Positions 17,881-26,700 of a stretch of 45,161 nucleotides of DNA are shown here, one piece after another. A program made the translations under genes and the position numbers. The stretch is taken from assembly GCA_027062325.1 (NCBI GenBank), contig JAMOTN010000026.1, forward strand, positions 1 to 45,161, given 5' to 3'. Numbering within the stretch: position 1 is the stretch's first letter; each line of letters opens with the position of its first letter. The notes beneath the pieces were generated by a model. It ran no database searches. It saw only the letters and a list, made by a program, of their open reading frames with translations, and was not told the origin of the DNA. The DNA is from a bacterium (lineage in GTDB: Bacteria > JAMOTN01).

Positions 17881-20034
17881 GTGAAAAAAAGTTTAAGAAG
17901 AATAAAGAGTTATCGCGGTTTTGCTGCGATAGTTTTAGCTATAATTGTTGTATTGCTTGTCTCGGTTTGGTTTATGACTTATAACCAATTGGTTAGAGAT
18001 AAATATTACCTGTACAAGAGAGAAGCAGAGCGTTTCAGAGCTTTCATGTTTGTAAAAGCTGTAAATGTTGCGTTTTGGGATGGAGTTAGGTCTGTTATTG
18101 CTCAGGGAAATGATGATTTTCGCGAATTTTTGAAGGTGTTTAAAGGAGATTACAGCTGGCTTGAGAACAAGTATAGGGCAACGTTGATTACATTGGCAGA
18201 AGCTATGGGGGAAGGAGATAAGGTAAGTTTGAAGGATTTTTCGGTTGATACTAAGAGTTCTCAAATTGGAGCTGATAAAAAGATAGGTATTTCTTCAAAG
18301 GAGATGTATGGAGAGATAATACTTCATGTGAAAGTTAAGTTTGGAAGTACCAAGGTCACGGTGAGTGAGAAAAAATATTTTAGGTTTATCAATATATTAC
18401 CACCTGTTGGGAAGTTTACGTTGTTTGTTAAAAATGCGTTGGGGAGTACAGGAGGAGAATTTTTTGATTTTAACAATGTCAAGTTGAAAAAATGTGATTC
18501 TTCAAACTGTGGAGTTATTGATTCAGGAAGCATTTTGACATGTTTTAATGCTTCTTCGCCAGATGTATACTTTGATGAGGAGCCATGGCATGAGACTGGA
18601 TGGATATATCTTGGGGAGAGAAATGGACGATTCACCAATGTTATTTTGAATATGGGAGATGATTTAGAATATGGAGAAATTGGATTTTGGTACCTTCTAG
18701 ATATTTTGAAGGCTAGAAAGCATGGTAAATATGCTGTAGAGAAGTTGATAAAGACATTTAGGAGTAAAAGTGAGTTTAACAGTTTTGAAGAGAGGAGTAT
18801 AACGCTACCTAAAAATGAGTTACCACCTGCCTGGAGGAACGTTGCTGGATTTGATGTAAGTGTGTACATGAATTTTGTTGGTTTTTCTAAAGAAAGTAGA
18901 AGAATAGAAGAGTCTAGCTTGTTTAAAAAGATGCTTGGAAGGAGTGCCCCTTCTAGTAAAGATGATTATGAGGTTTCCTCTTCAATACTGTTATTTGGGA
19001 ATCCTTTAAATCCAACACCTACTAGATTGTTCGGTAGTTATAAGATGAGATTTTTCAGATTTTCGTTTGTGAGTGCTACTCCACGTGGAGGTGGTATGAG
19101 TGGCGCTGCAGGCATTTCTTATGACGAAAGCAAGAAGTTAATAGATGTTGGTTTAAAGGCTTTGAAAAATTTTAATTTTGATTCCTTCAAAAGTGCATTG
19201 AGTAGAGATTGGTTTGAAAAGTTGAGGAGTGCTTGTTTGAAGGTTGACTACAATAATCTCTGGTATCAAATAGTTCCTGTTTTAAGAGGAACAGTTAAAA
19301 ATAAATACGTTGTAGGTTGGGGAGATAAAATTAAAAAGAGTGTTAAGTTGCCACCATCGGGGCCTAGTGCTATGCGTTATCAAGTAAAACATGGAAGTGA
19401 GGTTGTATTGGATGTTGATGTTAGAAATTTTGATTTTATAAGGGCCTATAAAAAGAAGGTAGTTTGGAAGATAAAGGATTTAAATGGAAATGGAAGAGTT
19501 GATGATGAGTTTGCGCTATTTTGTCTTAAAGAAGATGAAAAAGGTCATCTAGTTTTGAAACTTTGGGGAGGAATAGTTGAATTTGAGCCAACTGGAAGAC
19601 GCCCGCTTGTTTTACCTAAAGGATGGCGGCCGTTTGTTGGTAAGAACGATACAGATGTTATGACTTATGGGGGAGTACTGGTGGCTCCTCGAGTTGTGGT
19701 TTACGATACGTTGCAGGATTCAAATCTTATAAAAGCGCCCTTCGCTATCCAAGCTGATAAGATTCTTTTCAAAGATGTGACGTTTTTGCCGGCTTATGTT
19801 TTAGCTGACAAGCTTTATTTTAATCCTAAAAAATTTGTCTCAGTTTATGGAGGGGTGGCTTGTACTCGTATGATTGAGGCTGGGGAGAGAGATAATCCTT
19901 CTAAACTCATGAAAATTCCAAATATGTCTATCTATTGGAATAGGATTTACAACATAGAAAATGAGCAAATATACAATAGTGGTATGAGGTTGTTTTTTAG
20001 CAAAACTACTTACACTTGGATAGGGGATAAATAA
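17881..20034 (+). CDS. Large PilX/GspK-like prepilin-type protein (717 aa)
   Basis: Basic leader MKKSLRRIKSYRG|FAAIVLAIIVV lacking Glu5; large soluble domain with DLNGNGRVDDE Ca-loop-like motif; precedes two pilin-like genes. Confidence 0.65.
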   Translation: MKKSLRRIKSYRGFAAIVLAIIVVLLVSVWFMTYNQLVRDKYYLYKREAERFRAFMFVKAVNVAFWDGVRSVIAQGNDDFREFLKVFKGDYSWLENKYRATLITLAEAMGEGDKVSLKDFSVDTKSSQIGADKKIGISSKEMYGEIILHVKVKFGSTKVTVSEKKYFRFINILPPVGKFTLFVKNALGSTGGEFFDFNNVKLKKCDSSNCGVIDSGSILTCFNASSPDVYFDEEPWHETGWIYLGERNGRFTNVILNMGDDLEYGEIGFWYLLDILKARKHGKYAVEKLIKTFRSKSEFNSFEERSITLPKNELPPAWRNVAGFDVSVYMNFVGFSKESRRIEESSLFKKMLGRSAPSSKDDYEVSSSILLFGNPLNPTPTRLFGSYKMRFFRFSFVSATPRGGGMSGAAGISYDESKKLIDVGLKALKNFNFDSFKSALSRDWFEKLRSACLKVDYNNLWYQIVPVLRGTVKNKYVVGWGDKIKKSVKLPPSGPSAMRYQVKHGSEVVLDVDVRNFDFIRAYKKKVVWKIKDLNGNGRVDDEFALFCLKEDEKGHLVLKLWGGIVEFEPTGRRPLVLPKGWRPFVGKNDTDVMTYGGVLVAPRVVVYDTLQDSNLIKAPFAIQADKILFKDVTFLPAYVLADKLYFNPKKFVSVYGGVACTRMIEAGERDNPSKLMKIPNMSIYWNRIYNIENEQIYNSGMRLFFSKTTYTWIGDK

Positions 20035-20063
20035 AAGCTAAAGGCTAATAAGAGGTGTTGGAA

Positions 20064-20537
20064 ATGTTGGATGCTGAAAAACGAGCGTTTACTATACCTG
20101 AGGTTGTAATTGCTATACTTGCTATAGCTTTAGTGGTGTTGCCTGCCCAGTATCTGTTTTCTACTACTACAAAGCTTACAGTAAAACCAAAGTATCAGTC
20201 TATTGCGCTTTTGATGTTGGCTGATATTCAGGAGTTATTGATGATAAGTACAACTGTTGCTTACAAAGGTAAGATGTTGAGTGATGATTATTTTTCTAGT
20301 GGAGTTGAGCTGAGTTTGGAAGAGTTTAAAAAGGCTTTTGATGTAAAGTTTCCGGATTTTTCAATGTATCCTGCTCCACCAGGAGGGTATAAGATAAAAT
20401 TCACCCTTCTCAAAGCTGAGTCCTTCGGAGTTGTTGTACCGTGTATAGTTGTTGAAATATCTTGGCAGGAGGGTAAAAAATGCAAAGAAGTAAAGACAGT
20501 TGTTCCAGCCGTGGTTTCACCTTGGCAGAAGTTATAA
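20064..20537 (+). CDS. Prepilin-type N-terminal cleavage/methylation protein (PilV/GspI-like)
   Basis: KRA|FTIPEVVIAILAIA class III signal peptide with Glu5; VVEISW strand near the C-terminus. Confidence 0.85.
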   Translation: MLDAEKRAFTIPEVVIAILAIALVVLPAQYLFSTTTKLTVKPKYQSIALLMLADIQELLMISTTVAYKGKMLSDDYFSSGVELSLEEFKKAFDVKFPDFSMYPAPPGGYKIKFTLLKAESFGVVVPCIVVEISWQEGKKCKEVKTVVPAVVSPWQKL

Positions 20538-21061
20538 TTGCTCTTGCGATTTTGAGTGTGGTTTTTGCTATAGCTTCAAAGTTTATGTTTGGTAAGAGGG
20601 GGGTTTATAAGGGAATAGAAGAGGGAGAGGCTAGAATGAAAGTTTATGCTGATGTTGGTAGAATTTTGTTCATACTAAAGCGTGATTTTATGAGTGTTTC
20701 TGGTGAACCTAAATTTGATGATAAGGAGCAGATTTTAGAGTTACCGATAGGGTTATCTGAGAAGGTTGTGTATCAATTTGGAGATAAAGTGAAGAGAGAA
20801 GTTGTTGGAGGGAAAGTTAGTTACTTTCCAGTTAAGTTGAGTATTTCTGATTTTAAAGTTAAAAAAGAGGGATTGGCTTTTCAGATAGTGAAGCCCGGTG
20901 GTAGGCGAGCTCCTTATAAAGGGGCTTTTATGTACAGGATATATGCCACTTTTTCTGTTGATGTTAAGGGAAAAAATGTTAAGGTGCCGTTTGTATCTAC
21001 TCCTTATACATTGAATACGATGGTTACGGATTGTTTCAATACTGGGGGAAATGGCAGTTAG
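20480..21061 (+). CDS. Prepilin-type N-terminal cleavage/methylation protein (PilW/GspJ-like)
   Basis: SRG|FTLAEVIIALAIL with Glu5; LKRDF helix; SD GGAGGG inside upstream gene. Confidence 0.87.
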   Translation: MQRSKDSCSSRGFTLAEVIIALAILSVVFAIASKFMFGKRGVYKGIEEGEARMKVYADVGRILFILKRDFMSVSGEPKFDDKEQILELPIGLSEKVVYQFGDKVKREVVGGKVSYFPVKLSISDFKVKKEGLAFQIVKPGGRRAPYKGAFMYRIYATFSVDVKGKNVKVPFVSTPYTLNTMVTDCFNTGGNGS

Positions 21062-21099
21062 AATATGCGTAAATTTAGAGATCTGAATTTATAAGCATG

Positions 21100-22104
21100 T
21101 TATATGGTTTTTAATTTTGCTTTGAGTACACCTGCTGCTTTAAGAGCCTGTAGTATAGCAATAATATCACGGGCTTTTAGGTTTAAGTTATTCAGAAGCT
21201 TTACCAAATCAGAGACTGTAGTTGATTTCATCTCAAAGGCACTGTTTGTTTTGTTTCCAATTCTAACAGTTATTTGATTGTGAGTTACAACTGCAGGAAG
21301 AATTTTTACATCTCCTCCCATTACTACAGTTGCAGTTTTTTCGTTTATAACTACCGTTGGAATAGGACTGATATCTACAGTTTCTGAAAGAAGGGAAGCT
21401 ACGAATGCTACTGGATTATCCAAATAGAAGTCAGGAATCTTTACTTTGATACTACCTGCGTCCAATGGATGAGCAATGTCAAGGCCAAATTTTGCATTTA
21501 TCTTGTCGCATATCTTTTGCACAGTTTCAAAGTCTTTGTCCTCCACTGAGAATGTTATACTGTCTTTGTTTGCAAGTTTTACTGGAACTTCTTTTTGGAC
21601 GATTGCACCTTGAGGAACGCGAGCACTGGTTTCGTGATTTTTTTGACCACCACCGGCTAATCCTGCATTGAAACCGCCTATTGATACGGGACCTTGAGCA
21701 ACTGCGTAAACTTTTCCGTCAGCGCCGAGTAAAGGTGTCATTAAAAGATAGCCCCCTTGAAGGCTTTTTGCATCTGCAATTGATGAAACTTCAACATCTA
21801 TTTTGTCACCACGTTTTGCAAAAGGAGGTAAGGTTGCGGTTACAACTACGGCAGCACAGTTTTTGGCCTGTAACATTGAAGTATCTACAGTTATACCAAG
21901 TTTCCTTAGCATGTTTACAACACTTTGAGAGGCTACAGTGGAACGATCTCCTGTTCCAGCAAGGCCCACTACTATTCCATAACCTATAAGTTGATTCTCT
22001 ATGACGTCCACAGGTCGCAATATTTCCTTTAAAGAGACCTCTTCTGCTGAAATTGTGAATGCGAGTAAGGTAAGAAAAACGGATAATAATTTTCTGCGCC
22101 CCAT
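21100..22104 (-). CDS. flgI: Flagellar P-ring protein
   Basis: NQLIGYGIVVGLAGTGD, KNCAAVVVTATLPPF, SLQGGYLLMTPL, VYAVAQG, VVINEKT, DIIAILQALKAAG. Confidence 0.97.
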   Translation of the reverse strand: MGRRKLLSVFLTLLAFTISAEEVSLKEILRPVDVIENQLIGYGIVVGLAGTGDRSTVASQSVVNMLRKLGITVDTSMLQAKNCAAVVVTATLPPFAKRGDKIDVEVSSIADAKSLQGGYLLMTPLLGADGKVYAVAQGPVSIGGFNAGLAGGGQKNHETSARVPQGAIVQKEVPVKLANKDSITFSVEDKDFETVQKICDKINAKFGLDIAHPLDAGSIKVKIPDFYLDNPVAFVASLLSETVDISPIPTVVINEKTATVVMGGDVKILPAVVTHNQITVRIGNKTNSAFEMKSTTVSDLVKLLNNLNLKARDIIAILQALKAAGVLKAKLKTI

Positions 22105-22162
22105 ATCCTCTCCCCTCTCTCTAATTTCCCCTCTACTAGTTACAAAAATTTAATCGACACTT

Positions 22163-22726
22163 TTACAACAAGAATTGCAATATTTTACTTACAAGACCTT
22201 TTTTCTGAGTTGAAGATATAGAACCTGATCCCTTTATTATCACCTGTGAGTTAGCAAGATACTTTGAATCTACTATGTTGTCGCTGGATATGTCTTGTGG
22301 ACGAACTTCTCCACGTATTATTAAAAGCTGCTTTTCGCCGTTTATAACTATCTCTTTCTTACCTTCAACCAATAGATTTCCGTTTGGGAGTTTGGAGACG
22401 ATAACTGCAGATAGGTATGCACTTACACTGTTGGAGTCATTCATTTTACCGTCGCCCTTCCACTTTGTTGTGCCTTTGTGAGAACCAAGAGGAATAAATT
22501 TTAGAAAGCCTTTTCCAGTTTCGATGGAATGATCCTCTTCTTCTTTGGCTTCAATTTTTGAAGTTTTCGAAATACTTGATTGTTCGTTTATACGAATCAG
22601 CACTATATCTCCCACGCGCCTTGCTGTTGAATTTGAAAACAAATTTTGATTTTCATCGTTCCAAAGAGAGGCTGCGTATAAATTTAGGTTTATAAGAGTC
22701 AGAATGATAACAATAAGCTTATCCAT
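22163..22726 (-). CDS. flgH: Flagellar L-ring protein (no lipobox Cys)
   Basis: SLW, ARRVGDIVLIRINE, LPNGNLLVEGKK, GEVRPQDI..DNIVDS..LAN. Confidence 0.95.
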   Translation of the reverse strand: MDKLIVIILTLINLNLYAASLWNDENQNLFSNSTARRVGDIVLIRINEQSSISKTSKIEAKEEEDHSIETGKGFLKFIPLGSHKGTTKWKGDGKMNDSNSVSAYLSAVIVSKLPNGNLLVEGKKEIVINGEKQLLIIRGEVRPQDISSDNIVDSKYLANSQVIIKGSGSISSTQKKGLVSKILQFLL

Positions 22727-23615
22727 TTTGAATCACCGCCTTTCCGTCGACAATTTTTGCAGAGTACACTCGATTTTGAAATCTAACACGGATGTTGGGA
22801 CCATTTTGAGAAACAACTGTAGCAGGTACTTCTACTTCCACATTTCCACTTTTGAATGTGACTTTGATGATGCTTCCCTTATCAAAGTGATATGGGAATT
22901 CCAAATAAGATTTGTATATCTTCGCTCCTTTTGGAATGGAAGTTGCAGCTACCATACTATTTAGCTCATTTTCAGAAGCAAGGAGTCGAGCAGTTGCATA
23001 AGGAATTGATGCGGTAGTTATTTTATAGCTAATTTTTTCACCTTTTCTTATGTTCCTTGTTGCTGTAGGGACTTTAAATGATGCTCTGACCAATATTCCA
23101 AATGGAATGTTTACGCTGTGTCCATAATCGTTGCCTATTAAATTTGCAGATATGAAGCCAGTTTTATTCTGTGAGATAAGCTTTACGTCAAAGTTGAGAT
23201 TTTTAGGTACGATTTTGTTCCAGTTTACGTTTAGATTTACCTCAAATGTTGCTAGATTGCGGATGTTTGAAAAACGAGCTGCAAGAGCTTGATGAACTTT
23301 TCTAAAAACTTTGTCTTTGAGTTTTGCAAGTTTGATACCGCTCCTAGTTACGAGTATATTTGGAAAATTTATTCCAAAATTAGATTTGAAGTAATAGGAG
23401 GAGAAGTAGCGTTGAGAACCAACATTGAGTTCACAGAGTATGCTATCTGGAATTGAGAGTTTCTTACCGAGTTTCGAAGCGATGTCGTAAAGAGATATTA
23501 ATCGTTTTTCAAAGGTTAGGGTTTTATAGTTTAAATCAGTAGATGCGTGTGTAACTATTGATAAAATAACCAGAATTATAGTCATGCATATAGATAATAG
23601 AGTTCTGAACTCCAT
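22719..23615 (-). CDS. flgA: Flagellar P-ring formation chaperone FlgA-like (SAF domain)
   Basis: Signal peptide; ATRNIRKGEKI, AATSIPKGAKI and KGSIIKV..G.VEV SAF/FlgA motifs; upstream of flgH. Confidence 0.75.
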   Translation of the reverse strand: MEFRTLLSICMTIILVILSIVTHASTDLNYKTLTFEKRLISLYDIASKLGKKLSIPDSILCELNVGSQRYFSSYYFKSNFGINFPNILVTRSGIKLAKLKDKVFRKVHQALAARFSNIRNLATFEVNLNVNWNKIVPKNLNFDVKLISQNKTGFISANLIGNDYGHSVNIPFGILVRASFKVPTATRNIRKGEKISYKITTASIPYATARLLASENELNSMVAATSIPKGAKIYKSYLEFPYHFDKGSIIKVTFKSGNVEVEVPATVVSQNGPNIRVRFQNRVYSAKIVDGKAVIQNG

Positions 23616-23640
23616 GACCCCACTCCCCCTCCAGTAAATA

Positions 23641-23667
23641 AAGTCGGCAAATTTTGATATGATTTAA
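23641..23667 (-). promoter_or_regulatory. Sigma28-like promoter upstream of flgA
   Basis: TTAAA-N14-GCCGACTT; same spacing as the site upstream of flaG. Confidence 0.45.
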
Positions 23668-23736
23668 ATGTTAAAATTTGGGGTAGAGTGTATAGTTTTG
23701 TGTGTAATTTTAAACATAGGGAGAGGGGATAAATTT

Positions 23737-26700
23737 ATGGGTGATATGCGAAAGGCACTTGTGCTTTACAAGGAAGCTAAAGAGCTAAAAGAAAAAGGAG
23801 AGTATGAAAAGGCTAAAAGTCTGGTTGAACAGGTTAATGTTTTTTACGAACCTTTGATTTGTTTAAAAAAGGATATATATCATTCTTTGACTATGTATAG
23901 TGAATACATAGCAACTTTAGAGGAACTCATAGATGCTTCGAAGGATCGCGAGGTTTATTTAACTGAGTGGGCTGAATTTTTTGTGACTGTGCTTCGAGAA
24001 GATTTTGAAGTTGTTCCCCTATTTGTGAAAGAGTTAAAAAAAGAGTTGGATACCTCTTCTAAACTCGGGCCTATGCTCAGATTATTCGGAGTTTACGCCT
24101 TTATCCTGCCTCGACTGGATCCTGATAGAGCTGTTGAATCTTTGTCTCACGCTAGAATGCTTGCTAAGAAAATACAGGGGGAGTTTCCATCTGATTGGAT
24201 TGGTTGGTGGGCTGAGAAGGTTGTTATGGAGAAGTTGTTTGATCTTGGATTCGCGACGGCTGATGAAATAGTTGCAGTTTTGGAAGAGGCAAAAGGATCT
24301 TTTAAAAAGGTTAAGATGGAGCTTATAAACATATACTGGAAGACTTCTAGCATAGATAAATTGAAAGATATGGCTGCTGGATTGAAGGATGAAATGCGCA
24401 TTTTAGCTGAGGGTTTGATTGCCATACATGAGAAACGTTGGGGGGAGGCTGTGGAAAGATTTTCCTCAATTGAAGTTCCGGCTTTTGCTAAGTATGATTA
24501 CTTTGTGGCACTTTATAGGAGTGGTTTTTGGCAAGAAGCAAAAAGAGTTAGTGGTGAGGTTAAGTGGAGTAGGGATAGTATACACGAGTATGTGGAGTTT
24601 GCTTCTGAGTATGGAGAGGAGGCTAAGAAAGAGTTACTGGCTAGATATTCTGGATGGATAAATAGTAATCCTTACTATATGTACAGGTTGGGTGAAGAAC
24701 TTCCATATTTAAATTCTCTTGTATATAAAAAGGAGTTCAAAGTTGCATCTTTTTTGGCTCAACAAGCTGGTTTTTCAAGTGAATGGGTGAGGTTACCTCA
24801 GGTTTTGGAAAGTGCGATAAGAAGTAAGGATGTAAGTTTGTTGTTTAATGAGTTTTCTGATATTGAAAGAGATTGGCAGTGCTTAGTTTTAGCTTTAAAA
24901 GTTTTGAAAGCGGAGTTTGCGGATCTGATCCTTTCGCGTATTCAAGATTGGGATAAGGTTAATTGGAGACTTAAAGAAGAGATAGCGGCGACTAAATTAG
25001 AACATGGTGATATTGTTTTGCTAGATGAATTGTTAAAAGATAAACCAGCTAGTAAGTGGGGATTGCTTGCAAAAGCAATAGCTACTGGTAACTTGACTTA
25101 CTTTGAGGAGGCAGAGGAATATGCTAATCCTCAAGATACTGAGTTTTACAAAGTAGCCCTTAAGTGGCTAAAGAGCATTGATCTAGAAAGGGCTGTTGAT
25201 ATAGCTGAGAGAATTTACTTGGCTTCTAAGGTTGATATAGAATTTGTGAGGTTGTTTGCACAACTTTTAAAAGAGGCAAAGCTTTGGGAAAAAATAGAGA
25301 TCTACTTTGCGGATAATCACGATGTATACATACGTATGTTTTATGCAGTTGCTTTGATGAACATGAACAAAATGGATGAGCTTAAAAAGATACTGGAAGA
25401 GTTGCCGACAACTCAGCCAATATATTGGTACATAAAAGCAGAAATTGAAAAAGTAGAGGAGCTAAAATTAGAAAACTACTGGAAGGCTTACAACCTTGGT
25501 CTTAGAGATGAAGAGTTTATTTTGAAATTTACCTACGTGCTTTACAATAACGGCTTTTATCAGGAAGCAGTGAAGATTTTAGAAGAGTCATTGGATGTTG
25601 AGAACAATGTGAAGGCGTTGAAAATATATGCACTGTGCATTTATGCCATCGGTGATAAAGACAAATTTAAATACTATGCCTCTAAGGTTGCGGAAAAAAT
25701 AAAGGAGAAAGAAGTTTTAAAATTGCTACTCAAGGTATATTTAGAAGACGAGGCTTATCAGGTTGCGCTCGATTATGCTAATAAGCTTTCCACTATTCCT
25801 GAGCTTGATGTTGAGGCTTATCTTTTGATAGCCAAAGCTTATTGGTTATCTGAGAAGCTAGAAGAGGCGGAAAAATGGATAGATGTTGCTCTTGAAAAGG
25901 GATGTGAAAGTGATGAGTGTCTAGAGGTGGCAGCAGATATTAAGTATAGGTTGAGTAAATATGAAGAGGCAAGCATTATTTATGAGGAGTTGAGTAATCG
26001 TCATCCGGAGGTAACTGCCTATTTAAAGAGGTATGCAGAGTGTATGTTGGCTCTTGGAAAAGAGGAAGAGGCACTCAGATATTTAGAGGCTGCTTTCGAT
26101 ATAGATCCCGCAGATATTGATGTTGTAAGTGTGCTTACAGAGCTTTTGGAAGGAAAAGGAAATTGGCAACGACTTGTTGAGATAATGACTGAGGTTGTTG
26201 GAATATACCCTGAGGATATTGACTTTCGCAATAAATTGGCGGAGGCTTTGGAAAATACTGGCCAGCTTGATAAGGCTATTTCTCAATGGAGATGGTTGTG
26301 GGAAAAGACTTCTCAACTTAAGTATCTTGTACGCTTAGGAAAAGCTTACCTTAAAGGAGCCAAATTTGATGAGGCTCTTGAGTGCTTCAATCAGGTTTTA
26401 GAAAGGGAGCCTAATAACTTGGAAGTATTGGCAGAGATGGGGAAAATGGAGCTTCACCGGGGGAATATTACCAAAGCAAAGGAGTATTTTAAAAAGGTGC
26501 TTGATTTAGATCCAACTAACACCGTCGCAATGTATGAGCTTGCGAAGATTTACAAGACCATAGGAATGATTGATGAAGCGGTGGAGATTCTTGAACGTTT
26601 GAGAGGTAAAGTTTCTGGAAGTGATAAGGTGGATGTTTTAAAAGAGCTTGCAAATCTTTATAGATTAAATGGGAAGTATGATGAGGCAGTTGCAGTATTG

